The translations under genes and the position numbers were made by a program. A model generated the notes under the pieces. That model was given only the letters and a program-made list of their open reading frames with translations. It was not told the DNA's origin and searched no databases. A stretch of DNA of 64,000 nucleotides from an uncultured Alphaproteobacteria bacterium (GTDB lineage Bacteria > Pseudomonadota > Alphaproteobacteria > Rhizobiales > Beijerinckiaceae). Shown here one piece after another: positions 25,216 through 37,997 of the stretch. Position 1 is the first letter of the stretch. Each line of letters opens with the position of its first letter. Location of the stretch: NCBI GenBank assembly GCA_963837375.1, contig CAWINL010000003.1, positions 12,808 to 76,807 of the forward strand, written 5' to 3'.

Positions 25216-25755
25216 CTAATCCTGACGGGCCATCTCGGCGAGATCGCTAAAGGCCGCCACGACGTTCTCATAGACCGGTCGCTTGAACGGGATGATCAGT
25301 TCGGGAAGCCGCTCCATCGCCTCCCACCGCCACTCGTCGAATTCGGGTTTGTGCCGCCCGCCGCCGGGCTGCTGGACGTTGATCTCGTCCTCATCGCCCT
25401 CAAAGCGGAACGCGAACCAGCGTTGGGTCTGGCCGCGATAGCGGCCGCGCCAGGCACGCCCCGCGACCACGGAGGGGAGGTCGTAGGAATACCACTCGGG
25501 CGCTTCGGCCAAGGGAATCACCGAGCGGACGCTGGTTTCCTCGTAGAGTTCACGCAACGCAGCCTGATAGGGGTCCTCGCCCGGATCGATGCCCCCTTGC
25601 GGCATCTGCCACGCATAGGCCGCCGTGGCGTCGTGGGGATTGGGCTCGGAACGACGGCGGCCGATGAAGACGCGGCCGGCCTTGTTGAGAAGCATGACAC
25701 CGACGCAGGAACGGTAGGGAAGCTCCCTGAGCTGCTGTCCTCTGCCGCTTCTCAT
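25216..25755 (-). CDS. rppH: RNA pyrophosphohydrolase
   Basis: WQMPQGGID, Nudix box [24 protein letters not shown]. Confidence 0.93.
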   Translation of the reverse strand: MRSGRGQQLRELPYRSCVGVMLLNKAGRVFIGRRRSEPNPHDATAAYAWQMPQGGIDPGEDPYQAALRELYEETSVRSVIPLAEAPEWYSYDLPSVVAGRAWRGRYRGQTQRWFAFRFEGDEDEINVQQPGGGRHKPEFDEWRWEAMERLPELIIPFKRPVYENVVAAFSDLAEMARQD

Positions 25756-25906
25756 TCCAACACCACCTTCCTGCGCAACCGGACGAGATTACCGGCGCCG
25801 CGGAATGTTCGCGGCGGGGCGGTCCCAAGTTTCTCACATCCCGAGAGATTGACCCCTCGGGCTGCCTTTCACAAGCCTTTCCGTTGCGTCCGGTTCGATC
25901 CGATAC

Positions 25907-25938
25907 AAAAAGACCCGGCGGTGCGGGACCGCCGGGTC
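25907..25938 (-). terminator. Intrinsic terminator after ctpA
   Basis: GACCCGGCGGT/ACCGCCGGGTC stem with a minus-strand T tract. Confidence 0.75.
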
Positions 25939-25973
25939 GATGTCTCAAACCTTCGCGAAGTCGGGCGATCGGC

Positions 25974-27296
25974 TCAGTTGGCGGGCGCAGGCGCCGTCGC
26001 GTTGGCCGCGCCCTTGCGAACGCCATGCAGGAAGTCGTAGGCGGCGAGGAGCTGCTTGTCCTTGGTCGGATCCGGCGGCACATAAGCCGAAGAGCCGCCC
26101 CGCTCCTCCTTGTCGCCGCCGTTCTGCAGGTGGCCGCGAAGGCCCGCTTCGCCCTTGGTCTCATCCTTGCCCTTGAGCTCGTCCGGGACGTCCTGCAGCA
26201 CCTCGGTATCCGGGTCGATGCCCTTGGCCTGGATCGAGCGGCCGGACGGCGTGAAGTAGCGGGCCGTCGTCAGTCGCACGGCGCCATTGCCACCGAGCGG
26301 AATGATGGTCTGCACCGAGCCCTTGCCGAACGAGCGCGTGCCGAGGACGGTCGCGCGCTTGTGATCCTGCAGGGCGCCGGCCACGATCTCGGAGGCCGAT
26401 GCGGAGCCGCCATTGACGAGGACCACCAGGGGCTTGCCCTTGGTCAGATCGCCCGACTTGGCGTTGAAGCGCTGGGTATCTTCGGCATTCCGGCTCCGGG
26501 TCGAGACGATCTCGCCCCGGTCGAGGAACGCATCCGACACCATGATGGCCTGGTCGAGAAGGCCGCCCGGGTTGTTGCGCAGGTCGATGACGAAGCCCGA
26601 CAGCTTGTCGGCGCCGATATCCGAAGTCAGCTTCTCGATGCTGCTGCGAAGCCCTTCGTAGGTCTGCTCGTTGAACTGGGTGATCCGCAGGACGCCGATA
26701 TCGCCCTCGACGCGCGCGCGAACCGGGCGGACCTTGATCATCTCACGGGTGAGCTTGATCTCGAGCGGCTCCTTGGCTTCCTTGCGCTGGATCTTCAGCG
26801 TCACCGCCGAGTTGATCGGGCCGCGCATCTTGTCGACGGCCTGGTTAAGGTTCAGTCCCTGAACCTGCTCGCCATTGATCTGCGTGATCACGTCGTTGGC
26901 CAGAATGCCGGCGCGCGACGCCGGGGTATCATCGATGGGGGTGACGACCTTCACCAGGCCGTCTTCCATCGTCACCTCGATGCCGAGGCCGCCGAATTCG
27001 CCACGGGTCTGAACCTGCATGTCGCGGAAGCTCTTGGCGTCCATGTAGCTCGAATGGGGATCGAGCGAAGTCAGCATTCCGTTGATGGCCGATTCGACCA
27101 GCTTGGATTCCTCAGGCTTCTCCACGTAATCGGTGCGGATCTTTTCGAACACATCGCCGAAAAGGCTGAGTTGCCGATAGGTGTCCGCCGAGGCCGCGAC
27201 CGCGCTGGTCGAGGACAGCAACGTGGTCTGCGATACCATCGTGGCACCGCCGGCGCCCACGAGGGCGCCGAGAATGAGAAGGGACACTTTGCGCAT
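25974..27296 (-). CDS. ctpA: Carboxyl-terminal processing protease (S41)
   Basis: LDPHSSY, PDZ GLGI, DLRNNPGG, SASASEI, GKGSVQ. Confidence 0.93.
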   Translation of the reverse strand: MRKVSLLILGALVGAGGATMVSQTTLLSSTSAVAASADTYRQLSLFGDVFEKIRTDYVEKPEESKLVESAINGMLTSLDPHSSYMDAKSFRDMQVQTRGEFGGLGIEVTMEDGLVKVVTPIDDTPASRAGILANDVITQINGEQVQGLNLNQAVDKMRGPINSAVTLKIQRKEAKEPLEIKLTREMIKVRPVRARVEGDIGVLRITQFNEQTYEGLRSSIEKLTSDIGADKLSGFVIDLRNNPGGLLDQAIMVSDAFLDRGEIVSTRSRNAEDTQRFNAKSGDLTKGKPLVVLVNGGSASASEIVAGALQDHKRATVLGTRSFGKGSVQTIIPLGGNGAVRLTTARYFTPSGRSIQAKGIDPDTEVLQDVPDELKGKDETKGEAGLRGHLQNGGDKEERGGSSAYVPPDPTKDKQLLAAYDFLHGVRKGAANATAPAPAN

Positions 27297-28651
27297 TACC
27301 CGCGAACCTTTTCGCTTTGCGATTTCGCCCACCATGGACCTGGATCGATCGAACCGCCGTCTTTCCTGAACTCTACATAGAGAACCGGGGCGTTCTTTTC
27401 TACACTGCTTCCCGCGAGCGACACGAGAGAAGTTTCCCCCATGGTCGCTACAGGCTCGCCGGCGAGCACGAATTGCCCGACGTCGACGTTGATTTGGTCC
27501 ATTCCGGCTAACAAGAGATAATACCCTCCGCCCGCATTGATGATCAAGAGTTGTCCGTAGGACCGGAAGGGGCCGGCGAACGCCACCCACCCATCTGCCG
27601 GGGAGACAATGGCGGCTTTGGGGCGCGTATTGATGGAAATTCCCCGCGTGGTGCCACCATAACCATCCGACGCGCCGAACTCCCGTGCCACATCGCCGCT
27701 GACCGGACGCGGCAATTGCCCGCGCGCCTCCGCGAAGGGAACTTTCGGGGCAAGGCGGGCGGGATCGCGGAAAGCCGCCTGGGCAAATTGCTCCCGGGCC
27801 TGCTTTTCCTGCGCTTCCGCCGCCTTCCGCGCTTCCTCGGCGGCCTTCTGGGCGCCCAGGATCTCCTTCTCCATCCGGTCGATCAACTCTTTGAGAGTTC
27901 CAGCCTGACGCGCCAGTTCGGTGGCCTTGCCGCGCTCGGACCCCAGCGATTTTTCGACTTCGGCGATTCGGCCCTGCCGCGCGTCGATGAGGGCCGACAA
28001 TCGGTCCTGCTCGGCATTGAGCGCCGCCAACTCCTTGCCGAGCGACCCGCGATCCGTCGCGATGGCATTCTTGAGGCGGACCAATTCGGCGAGATCGGTG
28101 GCGAGAATTTCGGCCTCGACCCGAAGCTCGGGCAGGACCGCTCCGAGAAGGATGGATGCGCGAACGGCCTCCAGCATGTCCTCCGGCCGCACCAGCACCG
28201 CCGGCGGCGGACGACGTCCCATGCGTTGCAGGGCTGCGAAAACTTCGATGATCACCCCCCGGCGGCTTTCGAGAGAGCGCCGGATGGCCGCCTCGCTGGC
28301 GACCAGCGTCTTGAGGCGCTCTTCCAGCTCGTGGATCCGGTCCTCGGTCTCGCGAACGCGGGTGGCCGTATCGATCAGGGCGGTGTTGAGCTTGGCGCGG
28401 TCGGTCCGGATCTCGGCGATTTCCGTCTCCAACTGCTTGTTGGCCTTCGCGCTCGCCGCCATGGCCTCCTCGAGCGCGCGCAAGTCCTTCTCGCGCTGCG
28501 TCTTCTGCTCGAGCGTCTCGCCCGCCACCGGGGGCGGCGCTGGCTGGATCTGCCGGTTCGCCGGCGCCTGCTGGGCGGCGGACGGAGCGCCGCTTGCGAG
28601 CCAAGCGACCGCCGGGAGGGCCGGGAGCAGAAAAAATGAAGGTCGCGTCAT
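27296..28651 (-). CDS. envC: Murein hydrolase activator EnvC (coiled coil + M23-like domain)
   Basis: Signal peptide, long coiled coil, GPFRSYGQLLII, LYVEFRKDG. Confidence 0.85.
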   Translation of the reverse strand: MTRPSFFLLPALPAVAWLASGAPSAAQQAPANRQIQPAPPPVAGETLEQKTQREKDLRALEEAMAASAKANKQLETEIAEIRTDRAKLNTALIDTATRVRETEDRIHELEERLKTLVASEAAIRRSLESRRGVIIEVFAALQRMGRRPPPAVLVRPEDMLEAVRASILLGAVLPELRVEAEILATDLAELVRLKNAIATDRGSLGKELAALNAEQDRLSALIDARQGRIAEVEKSLGSERGKATELARQAGTLKELIDRMEKEILGAQKAAEEARKAAEAQEKQAREQFAQAAFRDPARLAPKVPFAEARGQLPRPVSGDVAREFGASDGYGGTTRGISINTRPKAAIVSPADGWVAFAGPFRSYGQLLIINAGGGYYLLLAGMDQINVDVGQFVLAGEPVATMGETSLVSLAGSSVEKNAPVLYVEFRKDGGSIDPGPWWAKSQSEKVRG

Positions 28652-28654
28652 GCC

Positions 28655-29148
28655 TCAGGAATCATCATGTCCGGCCCGATGATAAGGGTGACCGGCGATG
28701 ATTGTCAGTGCCCGATAAAGTTGTTCGGCCACGAGGGCCCGCACGATCTGATGCGGCATGGTCAGGGCACCGAAGGAGACGACCAGCTTGGCGCGCTGGA
28801 GGATTTGGGGATCGAGCCCGTCCGGGCCGCCGATGACGCAGGCAAGACCAGCCATGCCGTCGTCCCGCCACTGCCGGATACGCCCGGCGAACGCGTCGCT
28901 CGTGGGGCTCTTGCCCCGCTCGTCGAAGACGATGAGGGCCGAATCCCGGCGCGATCCGATATGGCGGCGGCCTCTTCGGCGCGCCGGTCATCCTCGCGAC
29001 GCGCCCGGCTCTCGGGAAACTCGACGATGTCCAGTCCCGTAAATCCGAGATTACGCCCGAGGCCCTCGATGCGTTGCCGATAGCGCTCGACAAGCTCCCG
29101 CTCAGGGCCGCTTTTCAGACGGCCCACGGCCAGCAAGCTCAACCGCAA
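28655..29148 (-). CDS. rlmH: 23S rRNA m3Psi1915 methyltransferase (frameshifted)
   Basis: AVGRLK, IGGPDG, PHQIVR, EQLYRA, HPYHR. Confidence 0.92.
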
Positions 29149-29163
29149 CGCCGTCAGCCTTCG

Positions 29164-29580
29164 TCAGCTGACGTGGTCTTGCGGACGGTCGGCGCCCCAC
29201 ATCTTCTCGAGGTTGTAGAAACCACGCACCTCGGGACGGAAAATATGGATCAGGACGTCGCCTGCATCGATCAACACCCAGTCGCAGGCCGGCATGCCCT
29301 CGACCCGCGCATTTCCGAAGCCCCTGTCCTTGAGCTCCTTGATCACGCGATCGGCAATCGCACCCACATGGCGGTGCGAGCGGCCGGATGTCACGAACAT
29401 GGTGTCTGCGATGGAGGTTTTGCCTGCGAGGTCCAACTCGACCGTGTTTTCGGCCTTCATGTCCTCAAGGCAAGCCAGGGCGACGGCCCGGATATCCTCA
29501 TCAAGCGGAGCATCCGCTCCGGAGAGAGGGGGAGGCGAATTCAGATTCGCCTCAAGCGGAGAAAGACGGTTCAGGTTCAA
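29164..29580 (-). CDS. rsfS: Ribosome silencing factor
   Basis: DMKAE, WVLIDAGDV, RGFYNLEKMW. Confidence 0.92.
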   Translation of the reverse strand: MNLNRLSPLEANLNSPPPLSGADAPLDEDIRAVALACLEDMKAENTVELDLAGKTSIADTMFVTSGRSHRHVGAIADRVIKELKDRGFGNARVEGMPACDWVLIDAGDVLIHIFRPEVRGFYNLEKMWGADRPQDHVS

Positions 29581-29642
29581 GTCCTTTCAAGCAGCGCGCC
29601 ACCGCGCTGTGATCTTAAGATAGTGCGGAACGGCACGGTATT

Positions 29643-30296
29643 TCAACGGGCGCGGGCGGAAGAACTTCGTCGCAGGCGCCGCAGCTCCGTCGAAGAGGCG
29701 TAAGAGCGGGGTCCGTGGATGAAGGTCCAGGCGGGCGGCCGCAGCATGGGCAGGGCCGCTGCCGACCCTTCATCGACCTGTGCGAAGGCCAATGCGGCAG
29801 CCGCGCGAGAATGGGTCGCTTTGAGCGTCCAGCCCGGCCGGTCGATCACCGCGATGGGCATCATCCGGGCGATTTCCCGCCAGCCGCGCCACCGATGGAA
29901 GCCCGCGAGATTGTCCGCACCCATGATCCAGACGAAATCGACCCCCGGATAGCGGCGCTTGAGAAACGCCAGCGTATCGACCGTGTAGCGGGATCCGACC
30001 GCTTGTTCGAAATCGGTCACATCGATGCGCGGATGAGCGCTCACCTCCCGCGCATCCGCCACACGCTCCGCCAGGGAAGCGAGCTCCCCGGTCGATTTGA
30101 GTGGATTTCCCGGCGTGACGATCCACCAGACCCGGTCGAGCCCAAGGCGCTTCAGCGCCAGCAGACTCACCAGCCGATGGCCCTCATGGGCCGGGTTGAA
30201 CGACCCGCCATAGAGGCCGATCCGCATGCCCCGGGTGGCGCGCGGCAGGCGCGCGAGACCGGATGGCTGAATTCGAAATCGTCCCGAGGCAAGCAT
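29643..30296 (-). CDS. nadD: Nicotinate-nucleotide adenylyltransferase
   Basis: GGSFNPAHEGH, WIMGAD, SSTELR. Confidence 0.93.
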   Translation of the reverse strand: MLASGRFRIQPSGLARLPRATRGMRIGLYGGSFNPAHEGHRLVSLLALKRLGLDRVWWIVTPGNPLKSTGELASLAERVADAREVSAHPRIDVTDFEQAVGSRYTVDTLAFLKRRYPGVDFVWIMGADNLAGFHRWRGWREIARMMPIAVIDRPGWTLKATHSRAAAALAFAQVDEGSAAALPMLRPPAWTFIHGPRSYASSTELRRLRRSSSARAR

Positions 30297-31636
30297 CACG
30301 GGCGCGTCTGACCCGTGCCGCGAACCCGGTATTTGAACGACGTGAGCTGCTCGACGCCGACGGGGCCCCGGGCATGCATGCGGCCGGTGGCAATCCCGAT
30401 CTCGGCCCCGAACCCGAACTCGCCCCCATCGGCGAATTGCGTCGAGGCGTTGTGCAGCACGATGGCGGAATCCACCTCCGCGAGGAACCGCTCCGCCGCC
30501 GCATGGTCGTCGGTCACGATGCAATCCGTGTGGTGGGACCCGTAGCTCTCGATATGCGCGATGGCGCCCGCCAGATCGTCGACGACCCGGACGGCGATGA
30601 TGGCGTCGAGATATTCGGTGCGCCAATCCTCCTCGGTTGCCGGAGACACGCGCGTATCCGCCGCCTGCGTCGCCTCGTCGCCGCGCACGGCGCAGCCGGC
30701 CTCGATGAGCGTCGCGATCAGCGGCGCGAGATGCGTCTTCGCGCAGGCGCGATCGACCAGAAGCGTCTCGGCCGACCCACAGACGCCCGTTCGGCGCATC
30801 TTCGCGTTGCGCACGATATCGCGGGCCATCGCCAGATCGGCATTGCGGTCCACGAAGACATGGCAGAGGCCCTCGAGGTGGGCGAAGACCGGGACCCGCG
30901 CCTCGCTCTGCACCCGTGCCACCAGGCTCTTGCCGCCTCGCGGAACGATGACGTCGATGGCGCCGTCGAGGCCCGCCAGCATGGCGCCGACGGCGGCGCG
31001 GTCCCGGGTGGGCACGAGCTGGATGGCATCGGGGGGAAGCCCCGCCTCCTTCAATCCCTCGCCCATCGCGTCCGCGATGAGGCGCGATGTGCGGTAGCTG
31101 TCGGAACCGGCGCGCAGGATGGCGGCGTTCCCTGCCTTGAGGCAGAGAGCGCCGGCATCGGCCGTCACGTTGGGGCGGCTCTCGAAGATCACCCCGATGA
31201 CGCCGAGCGGTGTCGCCACCCGCTCGATCGTCAAGCCGTTGGGGCGGTCGAAGCGCGCGAGGGTCCGACCCACCGGATCCGGCAGGGCCGCGATGCTCTC
31301 GATCGCCGCCGCGATATCTTCAAGGCGCTGGCGATCGAGCGCCAGCCGGTCGAGGAAGGAACCCGCAAGGCCCTTGCGGCTGGCATCGGCGACGTCGAGC
31401 GCATTCGCCTCGAGAATGGCGCCCTCCCGCTGCCGGAGCGCTCTCGCCATCGCATGAAGCGCGGCATTCTTCTGATCCGTGCTCGCCAACCCGATGCGGC
31501 GCGCGGCCGCCCGGGCGCGGCGCCCGAGATCGGCCATCAGGGCTGACATATCCCGTCCATCGAGCGAAGTCGCAAGTTCGGCGGGGGAATCATCACCGCG
31601 AGGCCGGGCCCCGCCCATGGTGAGTGTCGTTTGCAT
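30296..31636 (-). CDS. proA: Gamma-glutamyl phosphate reductase
   Basis: [31 protein letters not shown]. Confidence 0.95.
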   Translation of the reverse strand: MQTTLTMGGARPRGDDSPAELATSLDGRDMSALMADLGRRARAAARRIGLASTDQKNAALHAMARALRQREGAILEANALDVADASRKGLAGSFLDRLALDRQRLEDIAAAIESIAALPDPVGRTLARFDRPNGLTIERVATPLGVIGVIFESRPNVTADAGALCLKAGNAAILRAGSDSYRTSRLIADAMGEGLKEAGLPPDAIQLVPTRDRAAVGAMLAGLDGAIDVIVPRGGKSLVARVQSEARVPVFAHLEGLCHVFVDRNADLAMARDIVRNAKMRRTGVCGSAETLLVDRACAKTHLAPLIATLIEAGCAVRGDEATQAADTRVSPATEEDWRTEYLDAIIAVRVVDDLAGAIAHIESYGSHHTDCIVTDDHAAAERFLAEVDSAIVLHNASTQFADGGEFGFGAEIGIATGRMHARGPVGVEQLTSFKYRVRGTGQTRP

Positions 31637-31776
31637 ATCCGGGTCCCAGAGATCGTCGGGCAAGTCCATAGCATGCCCGGCCGCCGAAGAGCCAAGCCCA
31701 TCTCCCAGCGGAGTGCGGGCTGGCAACGACATCGAGAGTGCCGCCTCGCCCGCTCCTCGATCTGCCGGCACGCGGC

Positions 31777-33947
<2,171 letters not shown>

Positions 33948-34040
33948 TTACGGGACAAGGCCAGCGGGAGCAACGCGGGCGACAGGAGCGGGCGCTCCCT
34001 CGACAGACGGGAGCGCCCCTGATGATTTTTTGGCCTCTTT

Positions 34041-34679
34041 TCAAGAGGCCAGTGGGATGGCCGCTTCCGGTTCCGCCGGATCCGGCACGAGGCCGCTATG
34101 GCCCCACGTTTTCAGGCTCTCCCAGGCGCGGCGGTCGAGCCGGAAATGTTCCGCCGGATAGAGGCCGCCCCGCTCAGGCAGCTCGACGAGGCCCGAGCCC
34201 TGATAGGAGAAACCGCATTTCTCGAGCACCCGCCGCGAGGCCGGATTGATGACGCGCACGGAAGCGGTGATCTCGCTGCATTCTCCATAGGCGAAGAACG
34301 CATCGATGAGCGCCCGCGCCGCCTCGGTCGCATGGCCCTGCCCCCAGGAAGGGGTGCCGAGCCAGAAGCCGAGATGCGGCGTGCCCCCATCCGGGCTCGG
34401 CCCGATGCCGACCACGCCGATGAGGCTGTTGGGCCTCCCCTTCGGCGTGATGGCGAGCTGCAGGCCTTGCCCGTCCGCGTTGGATTTGCGGGCCATGAAC
34501 ACGAACCGCTCGGCATCCTGCGGATCGTACGGGTGCGGAATTCGTGCCGTCATCTCGGCGACCGCTTTCTCACCGGCGAGACGCACGATGGCCTGTACGT
34601 CCGAAAGACGGGGCCAGCGCAGCCAGAGGCGGCGCGTTTCCAGACGGAAAACATCGTCACGGGTGAGGTCGGGAAACAT
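34041..34679 (-). CDS. RimJ/RimL-type GNAT acetyltransferase
   Basis: LETRRLWLR, WGQGHATEA, NPASRRVLEKCGF. Confidence 0.88.
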   Translation of the reverse strand: MFPDLTRDDVFRLETRRLWLRWPRLSDVQAIVRLAGEKAVAEMTARIPHPYDPQDAERFVFMARKSNADGQGLQLAITPKGRPNSLIGVVGIGPSPDGGTPHLGFWLGTPSWGQGHATEAARALIDAFFAYGECSEITASVRVINPASRRVLEKCGFSYQGSGLVELPERGGLYPAEHFRLDRRAWESLKTWGHSGLVPDPAEPEAAIPLAS

Positions 34680-34715
34680 GGTCTTGCTCCGATCCGGTTG
34701 GGCTCTTTCTGAGCC

Positions 34716-34764
34716 CCGAAATGACGAAGGGGAGGTGGACATCCCACCTCCCCTGTCGTTTCGG
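34716..34764. terminator. Long hairpin between rpmA and the GNAT gene
   Basis: AGGGGAGGTGG/CCACCTCCCCT core stem, extendable to about 20 bp. Confidence 0.5.
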
Positions 34765-34856
34765 ATCCGAAGCGTGGCCTTATGGGGCCTTGTAGAAGCT
34801 TGATCCGCCGGGTCGGTGTGATGCCGGCGGGAGCTCCTTCGTTTTGCTCTCGCCGT

Positions 34857-35123
34857 TTATTCTGCGGCCTCTTGGGCCGGTACGACCGTTACAAAGGCTC
34901 GGCCTTGACGCGTCAGGAATCGGACTCGGCCATTGGCAGTCGCAAAGAGGGTATGGTCTTTGCCCATGCCGACATTCGCGCCCGCGTGCCACTTCGTGCC
35001 GCGCTGACGAATGATGATGTTGCCCGACACGACCGCTTGATCGCCGAACTTCTTGACGCCGAGACGACGGCCGGCCGAATCGCGGCCGTTGCGGGACGAG
35101 CCGCCTGCTTTTTTATGTGCCAT
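34857..35123 (-). CDS. rpmA: 50S ribosomal protein L27
   Basis: [16 protein letters not shown]. Confidence 0.98.
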   Translation of the reverse strand: MAHKKAGGSSRNGRDSAGRRLGVKKFGDQAVVSGNIIIRQRGTKWHAGANVGMGKDHTLFATANGRVRFLTRQGRAFVTVVPAQEAAE

Positions 35124-35162
35124 GGGTGTACTCCCGTGTTGCTTTCAGGTGCCGTCGCTTAT

Positions 35163-35555
35163 TTAAGCGCTGGCCGGCGCAGCGTCTTCCGCCGCGGCCT
35201 TGGTGGATTTCTTCTTCGCCGCAGCCTTCTTGGGCTTCTCGCCGGCGCCGAGGATATCGGTGATCCGAACCACGGTGTAATCCTGGCGATGCCCGCGCTT
35301 GCGGCGCGAATTCTGGCGGCGGCGCTTCTTGAAGGCGATGACCTTCGCGCCGCGGGTGTGTTCCACCACCTCGCCCATCACGGTCGCTCCCTCGACGAGG
35401 GGCGCACCGACCTGGGTGCCATTGTCGTTGGTGACCATCAAAACCTGGTCGAACGTGACAGCGGCGCCCGGCTCTCCTTCGAGCGTGGCAATGGTAATGA
35501 CATCATCGGCGGCGACGCGATACTGCTTGCCGCCGGTCTTGATCACTGCGAACAT
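35163..35555 (-). CDS. rplU: 50S ribosomal protein L21
   Basis: [14 protein letters not shown]...GHRQ. Confidence 0.98.
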   Translation of the reverse strand: MFAVIKTGGKQYRVAADDVITIATLEGEPGAAVTFDQVLMVTNDNGTQVGAPLVEGATVMGEVVEHTRGAKVIAFKKRRRQNSRRKRGHRQDYTVVRITDILGAGEKPKKAAAKKKSTKAAAEDAAPASA

Positions 35556-35692
35556 CTGATCCTCGTGTTCTACCGGCTCTCCACGGTCTCCCGCAGGGCT
35601 GGCTTTTTGGCAGTTTCCGGCTTCATGAAACGGCAACCTCAAGGTCACCGCGCGAAAACGCGCGGACGGATGGGTCCACGCGTAGAAGCGTC

Positions 35693-35722
35693 TCTCTAGG
35701 GGAAACGATCTCGCGTTGTCAA
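35693..35722 (-). promoter_or_regulatory. Putative sigma70 promoter of rplU-rpmA
   Basis: Minus-strand TTGACA-N18-TAGAGA preceded by a T-rich tract. Confidence 0.45.
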
Positions 35723-35805
35723 TAAAAAAGACCTCTCGGGCGCTTGAAGACCACCCGACCCCATGATATCCACGCCGCCTCAACCAGCCAGCCTTGGGCT
35801 TTCAC

Positions 35806-35895
35806 GGAGAGGTGGCAGAGTGGTTGAATGCACCGCACTCGAAATGCGGCATACGGGCAACCGTATCGGGAGTTCGAATCTCCCCCTCTCCGCCA
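35806..35895 (+). tRNA. tRNA-Ser (anticodon CGA)
   Basis: GGAGAGG/CCTCTCC acceptor stem, CCGCA-ctCGAaa-TGCGG anticodon arm, long variable arm, GTTCGAAT, GCCA. Confidence 0.96.
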
Positions 35896-36140
35896 CAACC
35901 TCAGATAGTTGAGACTAGTCCGTCTTCCACCGTAGATTGCGGGAAATTGTTAGGCTTTTCCGAGGGTTTGCCGGGATGGCTTTGGATGCCCCGCCCGCAG
36001 AGACGATTGGCGTGCCTTTCTCAGGTTTTTCTCAAGCCGCCGTCTCGGATCGCCATGTCGGTGGTACGGCCGTCTCTGGCCTGACTGGTAAGCAAGCAGT
36101 CATTGCTTGAGGCTTCGTCGGCTTCGAATCCGTCACCAAC

Positions 36141-36171
36141 AAAAATGGCCCGCTCGTCGCGGGCCTTTTTT
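36141..36171. terminator. Bidirectional intrinsic terminator between tRNA-Ser and the recombinase
   Basis: AAAAAT-GGCCCGC-tcgtc-GCGGGCC-TTTTTT. Confidence 0.8.
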
Positions 36172-36194
36172 CGTCGTTAATGATGCGCGATCGC

Positions 36195-37997
36195 TCAGGC
36201 GGCGATGCCCAGCTTGATCCGCTGCTCCTGCCAGTCGAGCGGCAGGCGCGTGTCTGCCATCAATCGGGCGGCGGTCAGCGCAGGCGGCTGTTCGCCATTC
36301 AGAATTCCGGCCAGAATTTCCGGCGCCAGGAAGGTCAGGCGGAGAAGCCGGGTGATATAGGAGGGCGTGAGCTTCTCCTGGACCGCGACCTCCCCGATGG
36401 TCAAGCCATCCTCAGTGAACAGGCGATCGCGGATCAGATGCGCCCGCGCCAGAATGCGCAGCAGCGCGGGATCCGGCTCCGACTTGCGGTGATCGCCAGC
36501 AATCACAAACCGCAATTCGTTGCCCGTCCGCTGCAGCGTGGCCGGGATGGACAGGATGAGGCGATCATCCGGGTTGGTCTGCTTCGTGCTGGAGGCCGGC
36601 GCCTCCCCTGTTCCGGAAGGCGCCGCGTCGCGATTATTCCTGAGCGCGTCGATCAGACGGCTGCGATCAAGCGCCAGATCGACACGGTCGGGATGAACGT
36701 CGATCCGGGCGACCGAAGCGGTCAGGAAGCGGCGCAGACCCTCGTCCCCGTGGTTCTGGAAATGGTGTCCGAGCATCGCTGCGGCGCGGGTCAGTGTTGG
36801 GTGTTGCAAGGCGTCATGGACGACACCGCTGAGCGCATCCATGATCTCGGCCGATGAGTTGAGAAAGCCGATCAATTTCGTTCGAACCAGACTTTCCAGT
36901 GCCGCGGCCGGGATCCGCCAGCCGGTTGTTGAGGACGCCGACGTCGCGTCCTTCCTGGAGCCGGCGACGATGAGCGATTGGGAGACGTAGTAGCGGTAGC
37001 GCGTTCCGCGCTTGACCGCGTGGCTCGGCGTCAGGCGTTCTCCCCCTGCATCGAAGATCAACCCGGCGAGGAGACTGGGTGCCGCCGCATGCTGACCGTG
37101 ATCGCGGGTGATCCGATTGTCGGCAAGGATCGCCTGCACGTCGTTCCAGAGGTCCTCCTCGACGATCGCCGCATGCTCGCCCGGATAAGCCTCCCCCTTG
37201 TGCACGATCTCGCCGCGGTAGAGGCGGTTTGACAGCATCAGGTACAGCACACCCCGTGCGAGGGGTCTTGCACCATAAGCGCTGCCGTCGGCGGCTTTGC
37301 GCACCTTGCTGACGATCCCTGCCCCCTCGAGCTCCGCCTGCAGCAGCCGCACCGATTTGAGTTCGCGATAACGCTGGAAGACGGTGCGGACCGTTGCGGC
37401 CTCGGTCTCGTTGACGATGAGCTTGCGGTCCTTGACATCATAGCCAAGCGAAGGCTGTCCGCCCATCCACATGCCCTTGCGCTTCGAGGCCGCTATCTTG
37501 TCGCGGATGCGTTCGCCGGTGACCTCGCGCTCGAACTGGGCAAAGGACAACAGGACATTGAGCGTTAGCCGACCCATGCTCGAGGTCGTATTGAACGCCT
37601 GCGTCACCGAGACGAAGGAGACGTGCTTTGCATCGAAGATCTCGACAATCTTGGCAAAGTCGGCAAGCGAGCGGGTCAACCGATCGACCTTGTAGACCAC
37701 CACGACGTCGATCTTGCCGTCGGCAATATCAGCCAGCAGCCGCTGCAGCGCCGGCCGCTGCATGGTCGCACCCGAGATGCCGCCGTCGTCATACATCGTC
37801 GGCAGCAGCGTCCAGCCTTCATGGCGCTGGGAGGCGATGTAGGCCTCACAGGCCTCGCGCTGGGCATCGAGCGAGTTGAACTCCTGCTCCAGTCCTTCTT
37901 CGCTCGATTTGCGCGTGTAGACGGCGCAGCGCAGTTTGGCGTCCCTTTCCCGCGTTAAAGCCGATGTTTGGCGCCCTGCATTTCCCGACCGCTTCAT
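36195..37997 (-). CDS. Large serine recombinase (600 aa)
   Basis: CAVYTRKSS catalytic Ser, YDDGGISG, RPALQRLL, YKVDRLTRS, recombinase domain (LGYD, LSNRLYRG, HAAIV). Confidence 0.93.
   Translation of the reverse strand: MKRSGNAGRQTSALTRERDAKLRCAVYTRKSSEEGLEQEFNSLDAQREACEAYIASQRHEGWTLLPTMYDDGGISGATMQRPALQRLLADIADGKIDVVVVYKVDRLTRSLADFAKIVEIFDAKHVSFVSVTQAFNTTSSMGRLTLNVLLSFAQFEREVTGERIRDKIAASKRKGMWMGGQPSLGYDVKDRKLIVNETEAATVRTVFQRYRELKSVRLLQAELEGAGIVSKVRKAADGSAYGARPLARGVLYLMLSNRLYRGEIVHKGEAYPGEHAAIVEEDLWNDVQAILADNRITRDHGQHAAAPSLLAGLIFDAGGERLTPSHAVKRGTRYRYYVSQSLIVAGSRKDATSASSTTGWRIPAAALESLVRTKLIGFLNSSAEIMDALSGVVHDALQHPTLTRAAAMLGHHFQNHGDEGLRRFLTASVARIDVHPDRVDLALDRSRLIDALRNNRDAAPSGTGEAPASSTKQTNPDDRLILSIPATLQRTGNELRFVIAGDHRKSEPDPALLRILARAHLIRDRLFTEDGLTIGEVAVQEKLTPSYITRLLRLTFLAPEILAGILNGEQPPALTAARLMADTRLPLDWQEQRIKLGIAA

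Noticed and set aside
36115-36138. TTCGAATCCGTCACCA resembling a tRNA 3' end (possible att duplication)
   Set aside because: T-stem and acceptor spacing do not fit a tRNA, and it matches tRNA-Ser only over TTCGAATC.
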